The notes under the pieces were generated by a model. The model did no database searches. It saw nothing but the letters and a program-made list of their open reading frames with translations, and was not told the origin of the DNA. A stretch of DNA of 64,000 nucleotides from Eledone cirrhosa (taxonomy: Eukaryota): NCBI GenBank assembly GCA_964016885.1, contig OZ024746.1:434001-498000 (forward strand), given 5' to 3'. How positions within the stretch are numbered: the first letter of the stretch is position 1; each line of letters begins with the position of its first letter. The position numbers were made by a program, and so were the translations under genes. Below are positions 38,668-50,673 of this stretch, piece by piece.

Positions 38668-38823
38668 CTCACTTTCTCCCTCTCCAAAGTGTTCCCGAAT
38701 CAAGTTTTCGAAATGTTCAATTGTAATGTATCCATCGTTTTTCTCATCGCATACTTCAAATACAGTCTTAAGTCTGTTCAAAGATTCTGAATTACCGGCG
38801 CTAGATATACTTTGGTTGTCCAT
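38668..38823 (-). CDS. RAB11FIP4: Coding exon 1 of a Rab11 family-interacting protein 3/4 (nuf-like) gene, first EF-hand
   Basis: ATG at 38823 (an in-frame ATG also at 38841). Reads MDNQ...RLKTVFEVCDEKNDGYITIEHFENLIREHFGEGESE and ends at a strong phase-0 donor GAG|GTGAGT (38667-38662). From recall it resembles the RAB11FIP4 N-terminus (RLREVFEVC...DG...FG.GEE). FIP3 vs FIP4 orthology cannot be resolved here. Confidence 0.85.
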
Positions 38824-38899
38824 ATCATGTATACATAACATTGGGTTCAATGTGATGACATATATAAATATATATATATGTATGTATATATATATATTC

Positions 38900-39360
38900 C
38901 TTAACTAAACTGTTGTTTAGCCAGACAGACACTGCTGCTACTGCAGCTGCTCATGTCACTGATGCTTCTTTCCGTTTCTCTTCGTACCTAATCGTTACAT
39001 TCCGCCACTTTCCGCTGCTATCTCATTATGACGCCACCTCATGACGTCACACTACCCACCGCAACGGAAATAACCGGACAGTTCCGTGAGATAAACTAGT
39101 GGTTGTTTGTTTCTTATGTCTTCACTTACCCTTCAATGCAATGATTCCCAACCTCTTCGTTACCAACGACCCCCTTTTATTTAAATGACGTCTTTCAAGG
39201 CGATAATAATAATAATCGAAAAGAGAGAAATGTTTCAACTCTACCCAATAGCGTGTGTAAATTATGTTTATGGACGTATTATTCGCAGGGCTCTGTAGTG
39301 ATGTGAAAAATTCAAGTGCCAAAGGGATCACCGAAAAGCCCCTGCCATAGGTAAATACGG
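38900..39360. promoter_or_regulatory. Promoter / 5' region of the RAB11FIP-like gene
   Basis: Locally CpG-rich, repeat-free island just upstream of exon 1. Palindromic CRE TGACGTCA at 39042-39049, related TGACG sites near 39029 and 39186, and several ETS-like CGGAA/TTCCG cores in 38970-39086. Confidence 0.7.
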
Positions 39361-39689
39361 TCCAAATATGTTTATAACAAAGTACTCCTACCAGTACTAC
39401 CTTTGTAAACCCCACGTTAGGAATCTTTGCTTTAATGCAATCACTGACTCTTTTGCTCCCTCCCACATCATGGATGCAGCAGTAAATGTGAGGGCAACTA
39501 CTTTATACACATATAAAGAAGTGTCATTCGCTCACTTCACAGTAGATGGGACTGGTGTGATGTCATGTGTACCTCTGTCTATATTGTGCTGTGGTAAATA
39601 ATTATATATACATATACACCAGGTCCGAACACAAAGGAACCAATCTCCTACTGTCACTGCCTCCATCACTCACTATTATAATCAAATAG

Positions 39690-39975
39690 GGACCCACGCG
39701 CTAGCTGCCTCGCGGCACCGGCGGATAAAGTGGAGAAGGCATTTCCCCGGAGGATGGTTAGAGATGCACTGGAAGAGCCATTCCAGGACGTTAGGCTCAC
39801 ACCTGCAGGTAGCCATCTCTGGGCCGATGGTGGTGAGTAGTGAGGTGGTCCTAGGTCCAAGGACACCAGAAGTCTCCACTGCTACAGGCTTGACAGCAAA
39901 CGTGTTGGAGAGTGACTGATATTTGGAGAGTTTACCCTCCTCAGCCCAAAGTGCAGCAGAGCCTGGGTTAGTCAA
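39690..39975 (-). mobile_element. Restriction-like endonuclease C-terminus of a CRE-type non-LTR retrotransposon (relic)
   Basis: AA..AE..K..KY..L....PVAVETSGVLG...FQ.IS...RGNA motif series. Confidence 0.75.
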
Positions 39976-40272
39976 TTTGTGGAAAGTGTAAACCCAGTAA
40001 GATATGAGATATAGTGGTGAAGACTGACCTTAATAAGTTGAACCTTATGACAGAGATGACAACATACTGTGATGATTAGTGACATGCAGTGCTGGAAAAG
40101 GTGGAACCACATGGCCTAGTGGTAAGGGTGTTAGATTTGGTGGGTTCAATTCCTTGACTGGGCTGTGTGTTGTGTTCTTGAACAAAACACTTCATTTCAT
40201 GTTGCCTCAGTATGGTGTCCTGTCCAAGGGCAAGTCTTGTACTCTCAATCACTTCAAGTTATGGGAACCAGA

Positions 40273-40480
40273 TATTGTTATACTTTGGAAGGGTCATGCC
40301 GCCAATAATAACACATGCACCTGTTGGTTTTCACTTCAATTTATTATAAACTCCCAGTCGGTTGGTTGTTTATTTGTTGATTGTCAAAGCTCTTTCATCA
40401 CACATTCTGTGACCTCCTCAGTGACTAATTTGTTATTTTGTGTCTCTCCTTTGTTCTGTCCTACACCATCTTGTTTTATT
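40273..40480 (-). mobile_element. Solo Penelope-type terminal repeat with hammerhead motif (40383-40425)
   Basis: Reverse-complement homologue of 53845-54101. Confidence 0.75.
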
Positions 40481-40779
40481 ATTGTTAATTTACTAAATAT
40501 AACTTATGAAAACCAATAAATAATCATATTCGACAACAGAGTAAGAGTCTTAGCAGGAATCGCCAGTACTACCTGTTTAAGTGGTGGGTAACTCACTTTA
40601 TACATCTCACGTTTTTTATATCTCTGACTAATTCTTGTTAGTTTGTTGTTATTGTAAATCATATCTGTTATAGAAATTGCGTTTATATTTACATTTTCTG
40701 TGTCACATCGACCATTGCCAGAGGTCCACCCTGGCTGAGAACTATGATGCTGGACATCTCACTATCACCTATGCTGTTT

Positions 40780-40980
40780 CCTACCCACAGGGCCACCCTC
40801 AATGACAAAAGGCAGAGGAGGAAGAACCAGAACACCAAATCACCAACCCCTGATCAGACCTTCAGCTACAGCTGATGTGACCCTGTCTGTCCCACATTCA
40901 CCTGAACAGCTATGAGTGATCCTGCAGTCAATGGGGATCAACCTCTTCACAATGGTCGCTCATGAAGCCAAGCTCTGATG
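40780..40980 (+). mobile_element. Decayed RTE/BovB-like 3' end
   Basis: DKRQRRKN...PDQTFS followed by a degenerate C2H2-like segment and a short TGA tail. Confidence 0.45.
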
Positions 40981-41477
40981 TTGATATATGTATTTAAAAA
41001 AAAGAAGAAGAAGAAAGGGGGTAAAAATATTGAGCTTCAGCTAGAAAAAGTGTCAGGTCAGATTATATTCTTGGTTTTATTATAGTTGAGTGAATGATGA
41101 GAAGATTGGTATAAAGAATACGTTTCCTTTTTTATTTCATTTCAAATGTTAATGGAATTATTTACAAGTTAGTCCATTGAGAATGTTGATATATGGAAAT
41201 AACTTTATGGCATACATAGCAGTTCACACACAAACATAGATGTATGTATACATATATATCCACATATATTTATATACATACACACACACCCATATATACA
41301 TATATATGCACATATACTTTTATACAGACACACACATATACATACACATGCATATATGTATATGCACATATATACACACACTCATATACATATATACAAA
41401 CACATATACATACATATATACACACACACACATATATATATACAAACACATACATACACACATATACATACATCTAT

Positions 41478-41812
41478 GGAGGCACATGGCTTAGTGGTTA
41501 GAGCATTGGCCTTGCAATCAAAAGGTTGTGAGTTCAATTCTCAGACCGAGTGATGTGTTGTTTCCTTGAGCAAGACACTTTATTTCACATTGCTCCAGTT
41601 TACTCAGCTGTAGAAATGAGATGATAGGGACTGGGGTCCCTATCATTCCACTGCAAAGTGGTCGTGGAGGTGCCACGGCAAAAAAGCACCCAGCACTCAC
41701 TGTAAATGAGGTTGGTGTTAGGAAGGGCATCCAGCTGTAGAAATCAAGCCAGAATCAGTTCCCGTCCTACCCTTGCAAGCAGGGAAAAGCGGACATAAAA
41801 TGAAATGATGAT
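41478..41812 (+). mobile_element. tRNA/CORE-like SINE with RTE tail
   Basis: Near-identical to 13975-14317. Confidence 0.9.
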
Positions 41813-42142
41813 ATGCACATACATATACTTATATACAGACACACTCATATATACACCCGCAACCATTAGGTCCTGTGTTCAAACTCACTGTGTGATATCT
41901 TAGGTGTTATCACAGCCTTAAGCCAGCCCACTGTGTCATGCTGAATCTCCCTGAGAATTACATTCAGAGGACAAGGTTCTATCAAATGCTCTTTCACTTA
42001 CATATTGATTTAACTGATTGATCAACTAAGACATCATCAAAACCAACAGAAGTCCATTCCATATGTCAAAATATCAACCAATCTCTCTGTGGTTTGTGAT
42101 TCAGCCTGTGGCAGTGAAGACTTCTGGTGTTCTTCTCCTCAG

Positions 42143-42310
42143 GTTCAGCCTGTGGCAGTGAAGACTGGCAACGTTCTTGGCCTCCACTGGACTAGATGCC
42201 TGCTCACTACTATCGGGATGGAGTTTGCTACCTGTGAGGTGGAGTGGAAGTTCCAGCACATCTCTCTCACCATTCATTGCGGCAATGTCTTCTCCATCCT
42301 GTCAGCTGAG
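42143..42310 (+). mobile_element. Second CRE-type endonuclease relic
   Basis: VQPVAVKTGNVLG...FQHISLTIHCGNVFSILSA, homologous to the 39.7-39.9 kb relic. Confidence 0.65.
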
Positions 42311-42949
42311 ACCAACAAAGGTGGATTGACCCTTGAATAGTGAGAGGTATATACAGATCACACATACTGAAAACATTATCCTGATATTTTTCATATAAAG
42401 GGTAAAAGACCCCCTTCAGTCACAAATGACTGTAGGATTTGCACCTAGAAAATTCAGCTCTGATAAAGTTCCCCCCATCATAAGGTGGGCCGCAGTAGTA
42501 AAAAATTCAAGGCAATTTTTAAATTAGACGTACCACGCAGAAAGCCACATGAGTCACATGTGGCTCGTGGGCTACATGTGGCCCCTGATTGATATAAGAG
42601 ATCAATAAAATAAGTATTGAAATTGAAAACTGTGAAGAAAAGAATCAAGAAAGACTATAATAATGAAATTATTGTGTAAAGTGCTCAGGTGCACTACAAC
42701 TCGTCAAAAAAAATGTTTTTCAGTAGAAATGTGAAATAAGAGAAGAATGTGTGAGATTAAACATTTGTTCTGAGATTTTCTCTCTGGATCTATTCAAAGA
42801 AATCTATTGTTTGTAGCACTGAGGAAGTTTTTTTATGTTTTAAACTCACAAAACAGGTGCTTCTAGCTGTTAGAAATTAGAAATCAATTTTTTTTTTCTT
42901 GTTCATTTTGAGGGGGACTCTACCAGATTTTGCCAATTATCATTTATAT

Positions 42950-45359
42950 TACACATAAGCCAGATTGACTTCCTGCTAGTTAGGCAGCGGGACAGGCAGA
43001 TAGTGTCTAATACCAAGGCATACCCTGGGGAAGAATGTACCCCACAGCATAGGTTAGTTGTTAGTGATATCTCAGTAAGCAAGAGATGGAATGAGACATA
43101 TAGGAAGGTGTGGAGAAGAAAGGTCTGGAAGCTAAAAGACCTTTCACTAAAATACAAATTTAGGAAAGCCCTTCAAGATGTATATGACGAAAAAGAAGAC
43201 GATTTAGAGACGTATGACATAGATAATAACTGGAATTTCTTACGTGACAACTTGCTGCAGGCTACTGATGAAACCTGTGGCTGGAGCAGAGCTCCAACCA
43301 GACAGAGAGTGACCTGGTGGTGGAAAAGCACAGTAGATAAGGCTATTAGAGACAAAAGACTAGCATGGAAGGCTTGGGAAAAGGGTGGGAGTAGGGAAGA
43401 ATATACAGCCACTAAGAGAGAAGCTAGACGTCAGGTGTACTTAGCACGCAGGGAGGCAGAGAGTAGGAGGTTTGCCAATGTTCTGCGACGGGAAGATCAG
43501 AGGCGTGCGGTGTTCCACATTGCAAGGCAGTGTGTCAATGCAAATCAGGATGTTGTTGGAGATAAATGTGTCCGGGATGATGCCGGTGTACTTAGTGTCA
43601 CAAATGATCAGAAAAAGGAGGCCTGGAAATGTCATTATGAGAGACTGATGAATGTGGAGAACGAATGGGAGAGAGAGAAATTACCCTTGGTAGATCCGAC
43701 AGAGAGACCAGCTATTGAGATTGACAAATATAGGGTCCAAGAGGCAATTAGGGAAATGAAAAATGGTAAGGCTGCCGGACCATCGGGAATAGTTGCTGAG
43801 ATGCTGAAGGCATCAGGGGACGTAGGCACTAAACTGGTTGCATGCATCATCAATCAGGCTATATATAGTGGTGTCATACCAAAAGACTGGTGCAGCAGTA
43901 TTCTCATAAATTGCTACAAAGGTAAAGGGGATGCTTTGGAGAGGAGCAATTATAGGGGTATAAAACTGATAGATCAGGTTATGAAAGTGGCAGAAAGGAT
44001 TTTAGCACAACTAATTAGAGAAAGGGTCAAACTAGATGAGATGCAGTTTGGTTTTGTGCCTGGGAAGAGTACAACAGATGCCCTCTTCTTGGTGAGACAA
44101 TTGCAAGAGAGGTTCTTAGAGAAGAGTAAGCCACTATACTTAGCCTTTGTTGACCTAGAGAAAGCCTTTGATAGGGTACCCCGATCAGTCATCTGGTGGT
44201 CCCCAAGGAAGCTAGATGTTGAGGAATGGCTTGTGAGGACAGTGCAAACTTTGTACAGAGGAATTCCAGATACAAGTAGGAGTACATCAGGGTTCGGTCC
44301 TCAGCCCGCTCTTGTTCATTATAGTCCTCCAAGCCATAACAGAGGAGTTTAAGACTGGCTGTCCATGGGAACTTCTCTATGCTGACGATCTGTTTCTTAT
44401 AGCAGAATCAGTAGAGGAGCTAGAGAATAAATTCTGGCTATGGAAACAACAGTTGGAAGCAAGAGGACTGAGAGTGAATCTAGCTAAGACAAAAGTGTTG
44501 ATGAGTAGAAAAGAGGACAAAACCCTGATTCCGTCAGGTAAATGGCCATGTTCGATATGCAGAAAAGGAACTGGCATAAATTCTATAAAATGCACACAAT
44601 GCAGATCCTGGGTACACAAGAGATGTAGCGGGATAGCAGGCAAACTAACAGGTAGGGAGAAATATGTATGCAGTAGATGTACAGGGAAATTAGACAGTAG
44701 AAGTCGCACTGATAGACACATTTTTCAAATGCAAGAGGGCGCTATAGAAGTGGTGGATAGCTTCCGGTACCTAGGAGATCAGATTAGCATGGGAGGAGGG
44801 TGTTCCGAGGCCATAGTATCTAGAATAAGGACGGGTTGGAAGAAGTTTAAGGAGCTGCTTCCTCTGTTGACGAAGAAGGGTTTCTCCCTGCGTACGAAAG
44901 GCCGGTTGTATGATGCCTGTGTGAGGAGCGCGATGCTGCATGGTAGTGAGACATGGGCAGCAACTGCAGAGGATATGCGACGGCTGGAGAGAAATGAGGC
45001 AAGCATGCTCCATTGGATGTGCAGTGTAAATGTGCGTGAACGACCACCCAGCATAAATGTGTTGAGAGAGAAACTGTGTCTGAGAGGGATAGAATGTAGT
45101 GTACGGGAGAGGAGACTGAGGTGGTATGGACATGTGATGCGCATGGAGGATGACCGATGGGTGAAGAAGTGCCAGGAAATGCCAGTTGAAGGAAGACGTG
45201 GTAGAGGTAGACCACGAAAAACATGGGCGGAGGTGGTGAGAACAGACCTCAGATCATTGAAGCTCACGGTGGAGATGACGAGGGACCGTGACGAGTGGAG
45301 AGATGCTGTGCTGAATAAGACCCGTCCCACCCTTGCAAGCAGGGAAAAGCGGACGTAAA

Positions 45360-45392
<33 letters not shown>
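42950..45392 (+). mobile_element. RTE LINE family C, truncated within the APE domain, one frameshifting deletion near 44260
   Basis: SQIDFLLVR and QHRLVV (APE end), RT motifs including YADD, C4HC3 finger, stop immediately followed by (TGA)n. Confidence 0.96.
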
Positions 45393-45395
<3 letters not shown>

Positions 45396-46513
45396 GGCAT
45401 GTGGTTAGAATATCTTGGAAAAAAATCACTGGACAGATTTTATGGGCAAAACCAACTGGCAGAAGACTCAGGGGTAGACCCCAAGCAAAATGGTTGGATA
45501 ACATCCATGAGCTTGGCTGGTCACACTTGGAGATCCAGTCGGATCAGTTGGAGATGGTTGCTTCTGACAGGACCCATTGGAAGGAATGTTTGAGGACACT
45601 GGTCCCATGACCCTCTCAGGAAGAAGAAATGAGCAACTATTGCTATAGTCATTTACATTTGAATTAAACATTTAAAATGTAACTGTTGTCTACATGTGTG
45701 TGGATGTGTGAGATTATATACCATTTATTCTTGGGAATAAGAAAATACATGAAAAGTTAACATGTGACTTATCTACTGGACTAAAAGCCAAAAAACTTAA
45801 AATTTAAAATATATGGTACATTGTAAATGTTGGTGGGATTTGTCTACCTGTCTGACTTATACAACAGTATATATGGTGAGAGAGAGGGGGAGCGAGAAAG
45901 AGAGAGATAATGGGAGAGAGAGAGAAAGAAAGAGAGACAAAGAGAGGGAGAGAGACAGGAAGAGAGATTATATATCATATAGACTTGTGTACAAGGTACA
46001 ACCTTTTTACATGAAAATACATAAAACGTAGCATGTGACTTAGATAACCAGTGCTGGACTTACCTATAAGCTAAAACTTAGCTCCACACACGCTCACACT
46101 AGTTTTTATTCTTTAACACTAAACATATCATCATCAGTTTGATATCTTACTTTCCACTCTAGCATGGGTTAGACGGAACGTCCACATTAAGTCAGGCCAG
46201 TTTGCTGTGCCTTTGTTGGCTCAAACAGAACTGTATTTTGGCTGGGATTTTACAACTGGATGCCCTTCCTAACACCAACCACGTTTACAGTGTGGAACTG
46301 GATGGTTTTATTATGAGAGAGGTCTGACCAGTTGGCCATGCTGTACCCTGCTCATGAGCTGATCCATATTTAGAAGGTAGACCCATTATGAGGAAGGCCT
46401 GGCCAGTTGACAGTGCCAAACTTTGCACATAGTGGGATCTGTGTTTTGGCTGGGTTTTACGGCAAATGTCTATAGCTCCACTTTAGAACACAAAGCTATT
46501 ATTATAAAGTAAA

Positions 46514-46805
46514 TAATTGTTTCTACTTTTTGGCACAAGGCCAGCAATTATCCCAGTGTATTACTGGTACTTTATTTTATCGACCCTGTAAGGATGAAAG
46601 GCAAAGTTAACCTCGGCGGGATTTGAACTCAGATCATAAAGGGAGGTAACTCTATGCTTCAAATCATGGTGTCCGACCCTCTACCGATACTGCCAATCCA
46701 CCGCCCTCTAAAGTAAATAATTGTTTCTACTTTAGGCACAAGGCCAGCAATTACCCAGTGCATTACTGGTACTTTATTTTATCGACCCCGTAAGGATGAA
46801 AGGCA
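46514..46805 (-). mobile_element. Full plus partial Meta-like SINE in tandem
   Basis: Duplicated TAAAGTAAATAA flank. Confidence 0.88.
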
Positions 46806-46964
46806 ATAATACCCTTGATTAGTAACCGGTTTTTCTCAACAATTCAGTTTCCTCTATTTCAATAAACATGTGATATGTATTATCAACATATGTACATCTA
46901 GAAATTAATAGAGGTGTTCTAGATGGTAGCTATGATGTTTCCATAGTCGGTATGCATATATATA

Positions 46965-47145
46965 TAGGAGAAAGTATGACCCTGACGGCAGAGCTCAAGC
47001 CGTTTCGACGGCTATTTCTGGACTATTTAGTCCAGAAATAGCCGTCGAGGTCATACTTTCTCCTATTACCCACTCTACTACCCTAAGTATTGAGTACTCT
47101 GGTGTGTTATGGTCCATCTGGTTCCTTACCACAACTCCTCTGTTA
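46965..47145 (-). mobile_element. Unclassified fold-back element, second full copy
   Basis: Homologous to 33973-34148 and TA-flanked. Confidence 0.7.
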
Positions 47146-47397
47146 TATATATATACATACGTATACATATGCACACACACACATATATATATACATACAT
47201 ATACATATGCATGCACACACACATACACATATATATATAATCATCACTTTTTAACATCCATTTTTCTACACTAGCATGGGTTGTCCTGATGTGAGAAATG
47301 CCAGATCAGGTGACTATGTCTTGCTCATATAGAACTGATTTTGGCTTGGTTTCTACAGCTAGTTGCTCTTCCTAATGCCAAATATATATATATATAT

Positions 47398-48295
47398 CAT
47401 CATTGTCATCATCACTGTTTTACATCCGTTATTCCATGCTAGCATGGGTTAGACGGGTTGTCCTGTTTTGGGGCAGTGTCCAGTCGGCTGATTCTGGCTT
47501 GATTTCTACAGCTGGATGCCCTTCCTAACACCAACCTCATTTACAGTGTGGGCTGGGTGCTTTTTTGCCGTGGCCCCTTCACGACCACTTTTCAGTGGGA
47601 GGGGGTGGGGGCATATTGTCTATATGCTTCAGCTTTGGCTTGTACCCATGGGGGGTCGGGTCTTCTGTATTACTGCGTGATGCCAGAGGTCATGGTCCTG
47701 TGTCATCGCCTTTGAGAGGTAGAATTGGGTAAGGTCGGCTTTTATCACCTCATCCCAGGTCATCTTGGGTCTCCCCACTCCGCGGTTTCCATCGACTTCT
47801 AGTGCTCCGCACCTTTTTATGCAGCTGTCATCCTTCATACACATCACATGTCCATACCAACGCAACCTCCTCTCCTGCACACAGCATTTGATTCCTCTTA
47901 TGCTCAGTCTCTCTCTCAATTCGTTTATGCTTTGCTGTTCGCGTATATTACTATTACACATCCATCAGAGCATGCAAACTTCGTTTCTTTCTAATCTACG
48001 CAAGTCTTCCACAGACAGCGCCCAGGTCTCACTACCATCTAACATTGCTGTTTGTATACACGCATCATACAGTCTGCCTTTCATTTTGAGGTAAAAAACC
48101 TTTTGCAGCTAACAGTGGCAGTAGCTCCCTGAACTTCTTCCATCCCGTTCTTACCCTGATTATTGTACTTTCAGAACACCCACCTCCACTGCTAATTTGG
48201 CCACCTAGGTTGCAGAAGCTGTCTATTGTTTCTACAGAACCCTCCCAGAGTTTGGTGGTGCTTGTTTCCTGTGGCTGTTTGCTGCTTGCTGTCCC
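47398..48295 (-). mobile_element. 5'-truncated RTE LINE, family A
   Basis: ORF 47629-47961 and TGA tail. Confidence 0.92.
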
Positions 48296-48296
48296 A

Positions 48297-49560
48297 ATTT
48301 GTAATATATATTTTTATATAATTTATGGGGGAGTAAGTAATTGGTTGCGAGAAGCCTCTGTTAGCTAACGCCATGTTGTAGTAGGGGGTCACTCTGTCAA
48401 AGATTGTTTTATTAGAGGAGAGGTTAGAGAATCTAGTACCGATATTATTCACAAAGTTTCTAAAAACTGTAGGAGGGTGGCACGAGTCATTTTGTATGTA
48501 ATTAAGTTTTTCTTTTAGTTTATGGAAGGGTCTGAAGATATGTGTGCGAAGGTCTAAATTTATGTCTTAGTAATCTACGCTATAGAGGTTGGTAGCTACC
48601 ATTATCCTAAGTCCTAACTCATTAAAGGTAGAAATTAAATCTTTTTTAAACCAGCCCAGGTTATGACCACTTTTATGGCTTGATAGGGTCAGACCATCGC
48701 CGCGGGATAATCCCGTGTGGAAGTCCGGGAATCTAGTACATAATATATATAAAATAAATAAGCCAACCAAGTTGCATACATCAGCACTATCGAATGATCC
48801 CATTGAGACGTCAAATAGTTCTGAAGTAGTTGGCTTCTTTGTCCAGGCAACTCCGTTGTTGAAGAGGAGGGTTTTCCGGCAGTGTGCGGTGATCTCCCTG
48901 TCTAAATCATGGAAGGTAGTGTACATGGTAACAAAGTCCAATGCTTTGTTCAACAGGGTCACTGAGATCGACGGGTAAAAATCTTGGTCCTAATGGTCTT
49001 AACTATGTCCCTAAGTATAGCCTTACTGACTCGTCCCATTTCTGTGCGTGTCGGGTTTAGTAGTCTACACTTGGGATTAGAAGCAAAGTCTACCGTGTGA
49101 TCCTTCAGGGTGAGAAAGACCTCATGCTTAGCTAAGCATTGTAGTTTCTTATCTACCTTAAGGGTGGCAACAAGGTCTTTGGCTTCTGTATTGATGTATG
49201 TCTTGGTAAGCCATAGGGTTAGCCTTCTTATATTTAGAGGTTATCGCGTTACGTACCAAGTGGCTGTAAGCAGTGTTGTCGACTTCGTAAATATTATTGG
49301 TTTTATCAGAAAGAACGAAAGTGTTATTGGAAGACCTAAATTTCTTAATGTCATTTCTAAGTTTGTTTTGGAAGATGCTAGAGTATTTGCGAAGGGAAAT
49401 GTTAGCGACTAAGTCAAGAAGGTCCACATCGAAAGGGGCGAGTTCAGTTACCTTAAGAGGGTAGGCTCTCGATTTCAGGTTGAAGGTGTTAATGGTGCCT
49501 GTAATTTTAATGTCAAACCTAGGGCTCACCATCTTAAGCGTCTGACAACATCTTCCATTT
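48297..49560 (-). mobile_element. Decayed Penelope-like element reverse transcriptase
   Basis: SDKTNNIY, FYPSI, FDVSMGSFDSADVCNLVGL, GLSRGDGL (degenerate YRDD), S.HPP and RFSNLSSN motifs across frameshifts. Confidence 0.85.
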
Positions 49561-49786
49561 TCTGTAGGAGAAGCTTTAAGTAAACATGGTTGGAGGGAGT
49601 GGAGTGGGAATATTCTTCAGAGAGTAATCCAGTTCGTACAAATCCATTCTGACGTTGGTGAGACGCAAAGTTGTGTAAGATGCGAGGATATAGAGAGCGC
49701 TCACAGGGTAGAAAGCAAACTTCCACGTGATGAAAAGAATCTGCTGACTGGATTTTTACTTTACAGAGTGTACTGGGTGTATTTTA

Positions 49787-50672
49787 TAATAATAATAATA
49801 ATGAAAATATTGTGTACAATGCTCAGGTGCACTACAACTCATCAAAAGTGTACATAGGGTAATGTACAAACGTCAGGAAAATGAACAGTGCATGAGTCAT
49901 GATATACACATGTGTATGGAAGGGGGATATCAGATGTAGTTTTGGCGAATTTCGGGAAGCATGAAGGTTTTAAAGGATGCAGTGTCTCGGCAGCTGACAA
50001 CTGACGCAGGTAGTTTGTTCCATGCTTCAGCAACTCTAAGCATGAAAAAATGTTTCAGAAAGTCATGGGAATTGTGCTGTTTTCTGACTTTGTGGGCATG
50101 TCCACGTGTGTTAGATACATGGAGATCAAAAAGGTGCTCAGAGTTGTTGTTGGCGAGATGGTTAATAACTTTGTGGGTGTTTACCAAGTCCATTGCCAGA
50201 TGTCGGAGCTTCAATGAATCCATGCCCAGGGAAGCAAGGCGTTCAGAGTATGGTAGGTGTCTGATGGAGGGTATGCGCTTGGTTGCACGTCTCTGAACAG
50301 TTTCCAGGAGGTCAATGTTCTGAGCAAGATAGGGATTCCAGACTGATGATGCGAATTCCAAGTTTGGTCGTACCATAGCTGTATACAGCTTTAAATAGAT
50401 GGCTGGAGAGCGGCTAACAAAGGTCTTGCTGAGTGATGCCAAGACACCCTCGGCCTTCTTGATAATTTTAGAGATGTGCTTTGTCCAACGCAAATCACTG
50501 CTGACAGTAATGCCCAGGTCACGTTCACAAGAGGACTTCTTGATATCAGTGTTGTGGAGGGAGTATGTGGATGCTGGATTTTTCCTCCCAAAATGCATGG
50601 TGGTACACTTGTACACAGCCAGCTTCAGTTGCCAGTCTGTGATCCATTGCTACATTGTGTCCAGGTCTGATT
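49787..50672 (-). mobile_element. CR1-clade LINE 3' end
   Basis: KC..MHFG, ERDLG, LY.AMVRP.LE, VW.PY, LE.VQRRATK and W.KLP motifs; (ATT)n tail. A solo 3' tip is also at about 42655-42705. Confidence 0.93.
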
Positions 50673-50673
50673 G

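Noticed and set aside
42815-42852. Hammerhead-like AGCA-CTGAGGA...TGCT
   Set aside because: GAAA and stem III not intact; too degenerate to call.
42950-45392. Active full-length LINE
   Set aside because: Lacks most of the APE domain and has a frameshifting deletion in the RT.
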